A DNA stretch of 64,000 bases, from the NCBI RefSeq assembly GCF_006345805.1, contig NC_042997.1, positions 170,748,001-170,812,000 on the forward strand, read 5' to 3'. The stretch comes from Octopus sinensis. Its lineage: Eukaryota. The translations under genes were made by a program, and so were the position numbers. This document shows positions 39,016-52,521 of this stretch, one piece after another (position 1 is the first letter of the stretch; each line of letters opens with the position of its first letter). The notes under the pieces are model-generated. The model saw nothing but the letters and a program-made list of their open reading frames with translations. It made no database searches and was not told the origin of the DNA.

Positions 39016-40721
39016 ATATATAACGGAATTAAATTATCATATAAATAGAAACTTATAGTATACGTTTAACTAATATACGAATTATTCGCTTCATTACAGG
39101 AGAATAAATATAAGATTTCGTAAGAAATGGCATCCAATATATGGTTCAATTAAATTAGCGATATTTCAAATATATAAGGGAGTATATTTAGATACCATAT
39201 TTAAACAAATTTGGGCATATAAACACTTAATGAATATACTGCATGATTAAAAAAATATAAAATAAGAATTCACATATACAGCGAATTATTTAAAAAAATC
39301 TTATAAATCGTCAAAAACAGTTTATAAATTATAAACTCTATGGAAGTGTATAAAAGGATATAAAAACGTATAAAAATACCAAATATGAAATATAACTATT
39401 TATATAATATGTGTAATTACAAATATAATAATATAATATTACATTGAACAGTGATTTATATGAAAAGAAATTATAAACTACCAAGCGATTTATAAGCTAT
39501 AAAAGCTACTCAAATGTATAAGAAGGTATATAATTGCATAAACATTTAATAATATAAAATATAAGAACAAAGTTCTTTAAAAAAACGTTTTACAAAATGA
39601 TATAAAAGGTATAAAAGAGATATATAAATAAGGATATAGAATAAAATGAAATAAGGACTATTTTATAATGATATTGGTATATAGAAAAAATTTCCTAGAC
39701 ATATTATTATTATTAATGCAATATAAAATAAAATATATGTGTCAAATATTAACGGAAATAAAATTACCTTTGGAAATGGGATTATAAAATATTTCTAAAA
39801 TGCATCAAAGACAATGAACTAGATAGAAAACTAACAGATCTTAGAGAATATATTTTATGCTTAGGAGAGGTGCGAAATTTATTAATCGATTATAAAATGT
39901 ATGTTATACTAACTATGAGGGGTAAATACATATTGTAATTATTGAAAGTTTATAGATCAAAGGGGCTAAAAGTCACTAGAAAACATTATTGAATAAGCTT
40001 CGAGCTAATAGAGGGTAGGCTATAAATGACATGGCACCCCGATTAACTCGAGCTACAAAGGTGCAGTATGAGATACTTATTATTACCTGCATTTAAATTA
40101 TTTAAAGGTACGTGTAATCCTATGAAGACTTTACACTCTGAGATCTTATTTAGTATTAAGTTTTGTTTATCTCTGTATTTGAATATTTCATATATCTCCA
40201 TACAGCATAGCTTACATCCATACCGGCCATTTGTGCATAGTTGAGCTCTAGCACTATATCCTACTTTAGTTTGAATTTAATATTATTATCTTTGAGTTCC
40301 AAGATATTCGTAGATTATGAGGTTCTGCTGGCTCTACGACTAAGTCTAAAGGACGAAAAAATGGCCATTCAAGCATTTTTCATCTAACGAGAACGGTCTC
40401 TTTCAAATGATGTAATATTTTCATTAATTAAAGGAGCAGCTTGAAACAGCCGTAATACATTGACACCTGTACATCTTCGTTATTAATTTATATTTTATTC
40501 AACTACATTGGAAGCAGCACTCAGAAGTACTATAGAAAGTATTTATATATAAAGTAAATGTCTGAACAACCAAGAGCGAATCTCTTCATTTCTGTGGGTT
40601 GTGTTGTCTGTACACACGGAAGGAACATCAGGTGCAAACACTCCTGCATAAAGTTTTGATACTTAATATTCAATTAATATTGTTTATGTGCGCGGATTAC
40701 ACTGACCTAACAAGGTGCCTC

Positions 40722-42516
40722 AATCTTTTGATCCAGTAGCCTTGAACTCCATCTGGTCCCGGGGCCTTCCAGTTGCTCATTTTTTTTTTTTTTTTTTGCT
40801 GATTTCTTTCATTTCTCTAACCGAAATGACTAGTTCTGCCTGTTTTGGACAGACTACTGTTTGTTTCAGTTCTTGCTACCATCCGGCATCCTTCTTGTGC
40901 TCCTTGTCTTTGCTCCAGATATCACTCCAAAACCTTTGACTTTCGTTGTTATCTGGTATCAACTTTTCATCAGTACACGAACAACTGGAAGGTCCCGGGA
41001 CCAGATGGAGTTCAAAGCTACTGGATCAAAAGATTTGGTGAATGTCATGCACGAATAGCTGCGCAAATCAACACCTTGTTAAATGCCGACCAAGTAACAC
41101 CAGAGTGGTTGACATTGGATAGGACAATGCTGTGCTTGAAAAACATCGAAAAATGCAATACGGTAGACAATTACAGGCCGATATCCTGTTTGCTACTTAT
41201 GTGGAAGTTATTGACTGGAATACTCGCAGAATCAATGTACGAACACTGCCACATGAGCAGAAGGGTTGCAAGCGTAAGTGCAGAGGTACCAACGATCAAC
41301 TCATGATAGACATAGCTGAACTTAGAGACTGCAAGAGGAGGAAAAGTAAACTTAGCCGTGTCATGGATTGACTATCGTAAGGCGTACGATATGATACCAC
41401 ATTCTTGGATGATGGAATGTATGAACCTATTTGGTATTCTATCGAATGTTAAGCGATTGTTTGGAAAAAGTATGGAGAATTGGAGGACGGACCTGACAGC
41501 ATACCAAAGAAGTTTAGGGGCAGTAGAAATCAGGAGGGGCATCTTCCAAGGAGACTGCTTGTCTCTACTGATCTTCGTACTGTGCTTGATACCACTAACA
41601 CTGATTCTGAGGAAAGCAAAAGCTGGGTGTGTATTCAAAAGCCGCCAACAAAGCGAATGCAACTGAAAATAGGTGAGTAACGAAAAGAATGCATGGTCAA
41701 TTTCACAGGGATGTTAAAGATAAGACAAAGAAAAAAGATGACTCTAGATTACTGAAAGTGATTTAAAACCGGAAACGGAGGCTCTAATCTGTGCTACCCA
41801 AGAGCAAGCCCTAAGAACAAACTATTTAAAATACAGAATAGGCAACACATCAGAAAATGATAAGTGCAGAATCTGTGGACAAAAAGGTGAAACCGTGTGG
41901 CATATTGCCAGCCAATGTATGCCACTAACACAGAAGGAATAAATATAAAAGACGCCACGACAATATAGCCAAGCTTGCCCATTGGACACTTTGCAACAAG
42001 TATAGACTTGACAGAGCAAAAAATTGGTACGACCACAAACCCGAAGGCATCATCGTATATAAAAATGCAAAGATCCTATGGGATTTTATGATTCAGTGCA
42101 ACCATGAGATAGAGAATATGAAGCCAGTCATAGTCTTAATTGAGAAAGAAAACAAACTATTCTTGATCATAGATATAGCATGCCCAGTTGGCAACAAAGT
42201 ATGCGATAAGGAAGAAAGAAAAGTTGCTAGATATGGCAGGTTAGCTTGGGAGGTTAAGCAGTTGTGGTCGATGAAACAGGTGATAGTAGTACCAATAAAT
42301 GTCGGAGCCTTGGGAATAGTGAGTAAAAATCTTGAGAAGAATATAGAACAAATAGGGGCTGCAATAAGGGTGGAGCACTTTCAGAAAACAGCACTGCTTG
42401 GGACCGCTCGATTAGTCCGGAAGGTGCTCGAAAAATAAGAGGTGTTACCTTAGTTCACTGGTGGTGAACAGCTAACACCGTAGTATATCTCCAGCGTTAG
42501 AAGCTGTGCAAAAGCG
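40722..42516 (+). mobile_element. R4/Dong-clade (RLE) non-LTR retrotransposon, 5'-inverted and internally deleted, ending in (TAA)n
   Basis: [73 protein letters not shown]-like KP(V)IVLIEKENKLFLIIDIACP...KEERK, ALLGTARLVRKVL; (TAA)n follows the 3' UTR. Confidence 0.9.
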
Positions 42517-42537
42517 ATAATAATAAAAATAATAATG

Positions 42538-42586
<49 letters not shown>

Positions 42587-42704
42587 CAACATTCTTTTTC
42601 TTCTTCTTCTTCTTCTTCTTCTTCTTCTTCTTCTTCTTCTTCTTCTTCTTCTTCTTCTTCTTCTTCTTCTTCTTCTTCTTCTTCTTCTTCTTCTTCTTCT
42701 TCTT

Positions 42705-42770
<66 letters not shown>
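42517..42770. repeat. (TAA)n-(TTC)n-(TTA)n microsatellite between two convergent R4/Dong elements
   Basis: Direct reading. Confidence 0.97.
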
Positions 42771-42773
<3 letters not shown>

Positions 42774-43604
42774 TAGTTTTATTTTTATAGCGTGCTTTCA
42801 CTTCCCTACCGAGCGCAGCTCTGTGTGCCTTGGGTATGTGCTGTGATTTGTTGTGATGCTCTGATGGTTATTGTATGGAAAGTGTTCTGCGTAGGATGTG
42901 TGCAGTGCCTAGTAGTGCAATTTTCTGTATGTTATATGTGTTTGTAAGTCCTGGTGTTTTTGTTATGTATTTGTCTGAATATTTTTTATCATGCCTAATG
43001 CACCTACTATGATAGGAATTGTTTCTGTTTTCAGATTCCACATTCTAGTTACCTCTATTTCCAGGTCTTTGTATTTTGAGAGTTTCTCCATTTCTTTTAG
43101 AGACACGTTGTCATCTGCCGGTATTGATACATCAATTAGAAAGCATTTTTTTTCTTCATGATCTCTGACAACTATATCTGGTCTGTTGGCCTTAATTTCT
43201 CTATCTGTGTGTATCGGTATATCCCAGAGTATGGTTGCTTTCTCGTTTTCTGTGACCTTTTCTGGTGTGTGCCTATACCATCTTTTTTCTGTTGTTATTC
43301 CATAATGTTGGTATAGCTTCCAATGTATGTAGGTTCCAACTCAGTCATGTCTGTGAATATATTCCTTCTTAGCCAGGACTGGGCAGCTAGAGATAATATG
43401 ATTTATTGTTTCTTGTCCATCTCCACATATTCTGCAGTTACTTGTAATATTTCTTTTCATTACATGTTTTTTGGTAATTTCTGGTGGGGAGGCTTTGGTC
43501 TTGTGCTGCAATTAAAAATCCCTCTGTTTCTGCTTTGAGTCCTGAGCTTCTCATTCATTGCTGGGATTTTTCTTTGTCTATTTCTTTTGCGTTTAGTTTA
43601 GTCC

Positions 43605-43606
<2 letters not shown>
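42771..43606 (-). mobile_element. Second R4/Dong family, 5'-truncated, (TAA)n on both sides
   Basis: Minus strand CRICGDGQETINHIISSCPVLAKKEYIHRHD, NRPDIVVRDHEEKKCFLIDVSIPADDNVSLKEMEKLSKYKDLE, ALLGTAHILRRTLSIQ*. Confidence 0.92.
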
Positions 43607-43676
<70 letters not shown>

Positions 43677-45379
43677 ATTCATTTTTAATAAAAGTGGTCA
43701 CGAGTGAACTTTGTGTTTGAGTACTGAAGTTGTCGTTTTAGTTAAATATAAAGATTTGCTTTTCAATACTTGTTTTTCATTGCATATGTCTATCCAGCTC
43801 AAACATGAAGGCGATACATCTTTCCGGTTATACCTTTTCTCACTGTGAAATACAACAGTATCGTCAACAACAGCGACTGGGGAACTTTGTCCATCACATT
43901 GCTTAGAGAGGAACTTCATCAAGTACAAAGTACTTTGCATATTAATGCTAAGACACACATGGGACAGAGAGTCACTGACAAGGTCACAGATGAGTGACGA
44001 AAGAACTTTAACAGACGTTTAAACTAAAAATAATACGAATAAAAACTAAAGTGAAGATCAAATAAATAGTGTGTGTGTTTAATTGACAAAAATTTTGACC
44101 ATTCACATGTATAACAAATATTTTAATGCTTTCTTTTAGTTATTTATTTATGATTTAAATGTTTTCTTTACATTGTATATTAATATGGATAAAATAAGAA
44201 TAAAGATAGCAGATATGTGATCCCCGTTACTGATGAACAGCAAATTTTTCAATGTTTTGTTCCAATTTGGATAAAAGAAATCGTAAATCTCCATGCCATA
44301 CTGCTTCCGTTCGGTTTCTATTTTTGGTCGAATTTTGGATAACTCTGTGAAAGATTAGTATAAAAAGTTTCGCACATGGCCAGCAACTTTAGAAGGATGG
44401 GGCAAATCGATTACATCAGCCCCCAGCAATTAGTTGGAACTTATTTCATGAAGCTCGAGAGGATGAAAGGCAGTCGACCTCGGTGGAATTTGAACACAGA
44501 ACGTAAAGAACTGCTAAGCATTTTGTCTGTTGTTGTATCGATTTTGACAGCTTACCGCCTTGGCTTCATTTCATAGTAAATGAACTATCATACTGAATTC
44601 TAACCAGGCTCCATTCAAGCCTTGATATTAAGAAAAAAATCACCTTCACTTGGTCGTTATTTTTATAACTCTATGATGGTTTCTGCAATTCAAATTTGTT
44701 CTTTTATTATACACACAAATGGTTTTCGGTACGAGTGCTTTATTGAAAGCTGACAGCCACATATATAATAAAAGTGCTCACTTGTTGTAAACTTGCGCGC
44801 TTGACTACTAAAGTCGACATTTGAGCTGAATAGAACGATTTGATTCGCAGCAATTGTTTCTTGTTGCAGCAGTCAATAAGAAAATACGATGATTTCCCCT
44901 TTAGAATTTATACATAAGAGGATACATTGAATAGGATAAAAATAAACGAGCTTTTTTAGCACATTTTTTCCTTGTTATGACTTTGCCATCAAATAGATTT
45001 TCGTTTTTAATCATTTATTTTTGTGTTTGTAACTCTTTTTGAGGATATCTGCTTTTGCACATCGTTCATTTTTGTTTGTTTTTTTTGTAATACATTTAAA
45101 ACAATTTATGTCTCGTAAAATCACAAATACAAATTATTTATTTATCCTTCCAGACAAAGTTTTTAGATATCATTTATATTTATCGCTTGCATGTAATTTT
45201 AGTTAGAAATTTACAATTTTTTTTTTTGAAAAGTTATATTGAAATATTTTTATAAGCTACTATTTTTGTTTTAATATCGTTTAAGTTTGTTGCTTTTAAA
45301 TTTTATGAGCTTTATGAGAAAGCAAGAAATTTATGAAAATTGTTTCAGTAGTATTACCAATCTAACAACAACAACAACA

Positions 45380-45985
45380 ACGCTTAAAGCAAAAACAGAG
45401 TTTGCCAATATATAATACTTGCATTATGAATTTATTGCTCTATCTTCAGAACATCAGCGATCTGTGTAGTTTTTTTCTGTGAAGATATCTGTTCTAATGA
45501 AGCTATGAAGCCATCATATCTAAAAGATCACTTTTTGAAAAAGTATTTCAGAAAAACATGCATATAATATAAATTTATAGTAACTAAAAATAGAAGAGGC
45601 ATTTGAACGATATCCTACTCTCTACATATACATAAAATATCCAAACCAAAATTGAACAAGTGTTATATTACTTCATACAAGATATTACAATAAATAGATA
45701 AATATGGAAAGCTAAACACAACTTGAAATGCACTTAAAATATCTTCAGTCTCTGAAATACTTATTTTGTTGTTGTTGTTCTTTTCTTAAGTAGATAGCTG
45801 TATTTCAGAATCGGTTCCTCATAGCAATAACACTGTATCTCGCCAGATAGATGAAACGGAGAAGATATTAAAAATATGATCAGGACGGAATTCCAAAAGA
45901 CTAATCTTAGGTAAAGAGCTCGATGAACCAAATGTTTTAGTGATAGCCAATACTCGTTTTGTTAAAGAAATGAAATTCTTTAAAA
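45380..45985 (+). pseudogene. hAT (Charlie/Buster-type) transposase relic
   Basis: CSNEAMKPSYLKDHF, ASY-like segment, GK.NT, and VPHSNNTVSRQIDE match the Charlie/ZBED5-type motifs (LSNEAMKPS.L..H; PLSNNTVSRRIDE). Heavily decayed. Confidence 0.75.
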
Positions 45986-46080
45986 ATTACTTTTTTTTTT
46001 TCATTTTAAAAAAAAATAAAGATGATCTGTTGTCCTTATCCAGAGCAAATTCTTTAAAAACATTGAAATACTCGTAGACT

Positions 46081-46498
46081 AAGGCGGCGAGCTGGCAGAA
46101 ACGTTAGCGTGCCGGGCGAAACGCTTAGCGGTATTTCGTATGCCGCTACGTTCTGAGTTCAAATTCCGCCGAGGTCTACTTTGCCTTTCATCCTTTCGGG
46201 GTCGATTAAATAAGTACCAGTTACGAACTGGGTCGATATAATCGACTTAATCCGCTTGTCTATCCTTGTTTGTCCTCTCTGTGTTTAGCCCTTTGTGGGT
46301 AGTAAAGAAATAGGTATTTCGTCTGCCATTACGTTCTGAGTTCAAATTCCGCCGAGGTCGACTTTGCTTTTCATCCTTTCGGGGTCGATAAATTAAGTAC
46401 CAGTTACGCACTGGGATCGATGTAATCGACTTAATCCCTTCGTCTGTCCTGTTTGTCCCCTCTATGTTTAGCCCCTTCTGGGCAATAAAGAAATATGA
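46081..46498 (+). mobile_element. SINE family B with tandem partial duplication
   Basis: Full copy to 46312, then restart at GGTATTTCGTC (SINE position ~50). Confidence 0.9.
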
Positions 46499-46509
46499 AA
46501 TATTCGTAG

Positions 46510-46680
46510 ATTCAGGCATGGTTGTGTGGTTAAGTAATTTCCTTCGCAGCCACATGGTTTGGGACTTAGTTACGCTGCGTGGCACACTGGGCAAGTGTCT
46601 TCTACTGTAGCCTCTTCTACAATATCAGAGCCTTGCTTGCAAAATTGTAGACGGAATCTGATAGAAGCTGGTTGTATACG
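46510..46680 (+). mobile_element. SINE family A, 5' half (diverged)
   Basis: GGTTGTGTGGTTAAG...CTGCGTGGCACACTGGGCAAGTGTCTTCTACTGTAGCC. Confidence 0.7.
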
Positions 46681-46687
46681 TGTGTGT

Positions 46688-46723
<36 letters not shown>

Positions 46724-48002
46724 GGAAGAGAGTGTGTGTGTGTCCTTGTCCTGACATCACATGATACTTGTAAGCGTACATCATACAAGCGGTATCCTTT
46801 ACGTCCAGTATTACCACGCTTAGAAACAAGTGTGAGTTTGCGATAGGAAAGGCATCCGGTCGTAGAAAAATCTAGCTGAACGAAAAAATGGATGTTACAA
46901 TGATGATTTACTATTCCCTTATATTCTTATCAATTATTTATATCTGCTATGAAGGCTTTCTTTTGACGTTTGCTTCTTTTATTCTTAGAGCAAGTTGTTG
47001 TCGTGTTTGTTGCTGTTTAGGTCCAGCTCAGCTCTGATTAGGAGACCTGTGATCAAAGGAGTTCAAGCCGTGGTCACCACATCGTTTTGTATATCAACAG
47101 CTACGATGTGCAGTCTGCTCTTTCATAAACACACACAAAAAAGAAAAAATGAAGGAAAAACTATATGATGTATTTGAGAGAATTCTTGTTGCTATATCTA
47201 GCAAACAGAACGACTGTGTACGGGCCCCTTCCTTTCCTTTACGTTTTTATGTTTGGTGAGAATTCTATACAAACCGCGATGATCATGAACTTTTCTCTCA
47301 TAGTCTAGACTCTAGTCATTTATAAATGTTAGTTTTTCAAACGTTAGTTTTTTTGTTCTTTTAAAATTCTTTAATCTTGTCTTACATAATTTTTCTGCAC
47401 AATTTTCTTCATATATGAATTTGTTATCACAGCTTGTTTTTTCTTTTGCTTCTCATATCATTAAAAAAAAATCATTAGCTTAAATTTAGTAAAAATGGCG
47501 CCTTCTTCGTCATCAAATGAAATATTACTTTTATAGGAACGCGAGAACGTATCAGACGTCCTTAGAGGGTAAGTGGGGGTAGAAAAGGTTGGGAACCGTT
47601 GATCTAGATCACTTCTTGTTCACGTACAAAGATAGTAATCAGTTGCTATTGAAGTGGTGGTAAAAATGCAATAAACGGAGGAGAATGAGTTATAAGAAGC
47701 AATTCGATGAAGCCACATCAATGTATTGCTCTTCATATACTCCACAGGCTGCTGAATGTGGTACTCCGCTGTAAAGTATTAAGTGATCCTTTAGCGTCAT
47801 GTTTCATTATTTCTATAAAAACAAGCATCAGTATGTATGTATGTATGTATGTATGTATGTATGTATGTATGTATGTATGTATGTATGTATGTATGTATGT
47901 ATGTATGTATGTATCTATGTATGTATGTATTATGTATGTATGTATGTATGTATGTATGTATGTATGTATGTATGTATGTATGTATGTATGTATGTATGCA
48001 TA

Positions 48003-48419
48003 CGGCAGCGAGTTGGCAGAAACCTTAGCACGCCGGGCGAAATGCTTAACGGTATTTCGTCTGCCGCTACGTTCTGAGTTCAAATTCCGCCGAGGTCAGC
48101 TTTGCCTTTCATCCTTTCGGGGTCGATTAAATAAGTACCAGTTACGCACTGGGGTCGATACAATCGACTTAATCCGTTTGTCTGACCTTGTTTGTCCTCT
48201 CTGTGTTTATCCCCTCGTGGGTAGTAAAGATATAGGTATTTCGTCTCCCGTTACGTTCTGAGTTCAAATTCCACCGAGGTCGACTTTGCCTTTCATCCTT
48301 TCGGAGTCGATGAAATAAGTACCAGTTACGCACTGGGGTCGATGTAATCGACTTAATCCGTTTGTCTGTCCTTGTTTGTCCCCTCTATGTTTAGCTCATT
48401 GTGAGCAGTAAAGAAATAA
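48003..48419 (+). mobile_element. SINE family B with tandem partial duplication
   Basis: Restart at 48235, same internal position as the 46313 junction. Confidence 0.9.
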
Positions 48420-48479
48420 ATGTATGTATGTATGTGTGTATAAAATAACTTACTATTATTATTATTTAAAAAAAAAAAC

Positions 48480-48978
48480 TCATTTACCTAAGTGTTAACA
48501 TCATCTTCTTCGAAATAGTCACCTTGCGCAGCACTACATCAGTCCCAGCGTACCTACCACTTTTGGAATCCGGCCTGGAAGTCATTTTCCGTGAGCGAGT
48601 CGAGGACCTTCTGCGATTCGCTCTGGATCTCAACAACGGTGATAAAAAGGCGACCTTTGAACTGCTTTTTCATCTTAGAGGTAGAGATGGAAATCCGCAG
48701 TAGCTAAACCTAGCGAATAGGGTGGGTGTGGAAGCGATACCATTTTGTTTTTAGCGAGAATCTCACGAGTAGAGAGAACTCGGTGACAGGGTCCATTGTC
48801 GTCGTGAAGAATCCAGTTCTTCGCGCTCCACAGATCCGGTCGCTTTCGCCGAATGTCCTCCCTCAGACGCTTCGAAACGTCGCAGTAGAACCCTCGATTA
48901 ACGGTCTGGCCCGTGGGGACGAATTCTCGATGCACAATGCCATATTTCCGGGGGCGATGTTCGTGGCAGGTCTTCCAG
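48480..48978 (-). pseudogene. Mariner DD34D transposase relic, internally deleted, same family as 392-1137
   Basis: HREFVPTGQTVNRGFYCDV...WILHDDNGPCH...PHPPYSLGLATAD with 34 residues between the Asp residues; SGRPAT is fused directly to GIVHREF. Confidence 0.9.
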
Positions 48979-49059
48979 ATATATATGTGCCTGTGTGCTT
49001 ATATATATATATGCGTATTGCAAAACTTTTAAACATATTTTGTATATGTAAAGATATGT

Positions 49060-49620
<561 letters not shown>

Positions 49621-50189
49621 ATCTTCCTGTGTTGTTCTTGAATTGTTTGGCAACATTTAGTTCTTTAACAGAATCCGATCTGCTACGCTGCTATATAACT
49701 GAGCCATAAATCCATTTCAAATATTTACGATAATTCTCAGGTGAAAACATTGTAGTAAACATTGTATAATTACAGAAAACTACCGAAAGAAAATTCCAGA
49801 ATTATATATAGAAATCCTGGAATTATCGACAGAAATTTCTATTGAGTTTTATTTGGGACAAGCTGGCATTGAACCAAGTCTAATTTTCCCTGCTAATTCT
49901 TGACTATTTCGTCTGTTAGATAAATCTATTTATCAATTTGTAAAGTTAATCTCTGTGAAAGCAATGATGGCTTCCATTGTTTGCTATTTATATATTGATT
50001 TATGTATAAAAGCGGGAAAGCTTTATATATACTTCATACTTTCATACTCAACGGACATATCAAGGAATAAAGCTCAGCAGAATTGCAGATGGATGACAGA
50101 CAGATCTGTGTAAATATTTAAAGTCTGCTGTTATAATACTTTCAGTGACCGAAGAAGCGGGGCGGGGAGGGGGAATAACATCAATAAAA

Positions 50190-50766
50190 CTAGATGATGA
50201 TGATGATGACACTGATGATGCTGATGATGATGACGATGACGACGACGACGATAACGCAGAAGTAAAGATAATGGTGATGGTTGAGGCAACGACGATGACA
50301 ACGGTGAAGCTGATGAAGGCAAAGATGATGATGTTTACGACAGCCATGATGGTGAGGGCGACGACAACGACGACGATGACGACGACGACGACGATAACGA
50401 CGATGATAATGTTGATGATGATGCTGGCGCTAAAGATAATACCTTTATTACCCACAAGGGGCTAAAGACAGAGGGGACAAACAAGGACAGACATAGGTAT
50501 TAAGTCGATTACATCGACCCCAGTGCGTAAATGGTACTTAATTTATCGACCCCAAAAGGATGAAAGGCAAAGTCGACCTCGGCGGAATTTGAACTCAGAA
50601 CGTAACGACAGACGAAATACGGTTACGCATTTCGCCCGGCGTGCTAACGTTTCTGCCAGCTCGCCGCCTAAAGATAATACCGAAGACGACAACGACAACT
50701 ACGATGATGATGATGATGAAGTGCAAGGAAATAATGACGTCAGCGACGATGACGGTGATGGATGAC

Positions 50767-50806
<40 letters not shown>

Positions 50807-50908
50807 TCGACGTGACGATGACGAGGATGGATGTTGATAAGGATGACGATGAAGTGCGAGGAAATAATGACGTCGGCGACGATGACGGTGACGGATGACG
50901 ATGATGAC

Positions 50909-50948
<40 letters not shown>

Positions 50949-51015
50949 TCGACGTGACGACGACGGGGATGGATGTTGATAAGGATGACGATGACAGCGG
51001 CGACGACGACGAGGA
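50190..51015. repeat. (GAT/GAC)n-rich tract with a ~125-bp tandem duplication, interrupted by a SINE
   Basis: GAAGTGC.AGGAAATAATGACGTC.GCGACGATGACGGTGA.GG occurs at ~50718 and ~50850. Confidence 0.85.
50438..50670 (-). mobile_element. SINE family B
   Basis: Reverse complement of the family B consensus. Confidence 0.9.
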
Positions 51016-51183
51016 GGATCTTTTGGCTTTATGTTAGCCAGAAAGAGGAGGGGACGATGACTTTACCGACATTCTGAGAATTGTGACTGAAGATGTTACA
51101 GAACTTGGAACATGTGCGAGCTGACGTTTGTACTCGCGTACTGAGAGCAGGGTTCGAATTGTGGATCCACTGTGATATATATG

Positions 51184-51328
51184 TGGCGGTAAGTAGCTTG
51201 CTTACCAACCACTTGGTTCCGGGTTCAGTCCCATTGCGTGACACCTTGGGCAAGTGTCTACTATAGACTCGGGCCGACCAAATCCTTGTGAGTGGATTTG
51301 GTAGACGGAAACTGAAAGAAACCCGTCG

Positions 51329-51397
<69 letters not shown>

Positions 51398-51595
51398 TTG
51401 TGTGTCTGTGTTTGTCCCCCTAACATCGCTTGACAACCGATGGTGGTGTGTTTACGTCCCCGGTTCGGCAAAAGAGACCGATAGAATAAGTACAAGGCTT
51501 ACAAAGAATAAGTCTTGGGATCGATTTGCTCGACTAAAAGCGGTGCTCCAGCATGGCCGCAGTCAAATGACTGAAACAAGTAAAAGTGTAAAAGA

Positions 51596-51597
<2 letters not shown>
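51184..51597 (+). mobile_element. SINE family A
   Basis: Homologous to 24863-25257. Confidence 0.88.
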
Positions 51598-51627
<30 letters not shown>

Positions 51628-51807
51628 TAAGCAATAAGGGTTTAGCAACGAGTTGCCTTACCACATACCGAATTTAGAAATAGCAGTCAAAGGGTTATAG
51701 CTATTTCTTCTACTAAAAAGGGAGATCTCAGTAAAAACAGCATTTGGAAGGCACAAACAGGTAAGAGAGAATGAATTGATTGCAATCTATCATACATTTT
51801 TTTAGTT

Positions 51808-51923
51808 ATCCACGGACGTACGTTTCGAAATCAAGTTTTAAGGAAAGCATACGAATTAAATATTAAATATTAAATAATAAATAATTCTATCTTACCGAAA
51901 CTTCTTTTCTCTTCAGCGTAGAA
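51808..51923 (-). ncRNA. Type I hammerhead ribozyme, copy 1
   Basis: Minus strand UCUACG-CUGAAGA-GAAAAGAAGUUU...AAACUUGAUUUC-GAAA-CG-UA-CGU-C-CGUGGA. All core nucleotides intact; GUC cleavage between 51815 and 51814. Confidence 0.85.
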
Positions 51924-52406
51924 TACTATAATCATAATGATTATATATTGAATTTTGAGATACCAGAAGGCACCACTCCACTCAGTATCAGAGCGAGCTA
52001 AAACCCGCAACTGGTATCACCGAATTCAATTGTGAATGAAACGATTGTGTCAACAGCCCCTTCCCACCCGCGTGTAGCCAAAACAAGATGCTGTGGTTAT
52101 CTACTGAGATAAAATATGGTTATCCGTAATAATGAAGGGTGAAATTAATTAATTTGAAAAATTATCAATTACACCAAGTAGTCTTCGGCATGTAAAAGCC
52201 TCATTCGAGGAAAATTTAAGTAATACTAAGCAATAAGGGTTTAGCAACGAGTTGCCTTACCACATACCGAATTTAGAAATAGCAGTCAAAGGGTTATAGC
52301 TATTTCTTCTACTAAAAAGGGAGATCTCAGTAAAAACAGCATTTGGAAGGCACAAACAGGTAAGAGAGAATGAATTGACTGCAATCTATCATACCTTTTT
52401 TTAGTT

Positions 52407-52521
52407 ATCCACGGACGTACGTTTCGAAATCAAGTTTTAAGGAAGCATACGAATTAAATATTAAATATTAAATAATAAATAATTCTATCTTACCGAAACT
52501 TCTTTTCTCTTCAGCGTAGAA
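52407..52521 (-). ncRNA. Type I hammerhead ribozyme, copy 2
   Basis: Core and stems identical to copy 1. Confidence 0.85.

Noticed and set aside
43698-43958. 86-aa minus-strand ORF of normal complexity
   Set aside because: No motif or family recognised; the length is compatible with chance.
51020-51175. Non-repetitive stretch as a possible host exon
   Set aside because: Only short open frames, no recognisable protein similarity, and no convincing splice-site pair.
52179-52215. Second hammerhead-like motif in the 600-bp unit (minus strand CGAAUGA-GGC-N8-GCC-GAAGAC)
   Set aside because: Stem II is present but both core strands deviate from CUGANGA and GAAA, and no stem I or III is evident; at most a relic.
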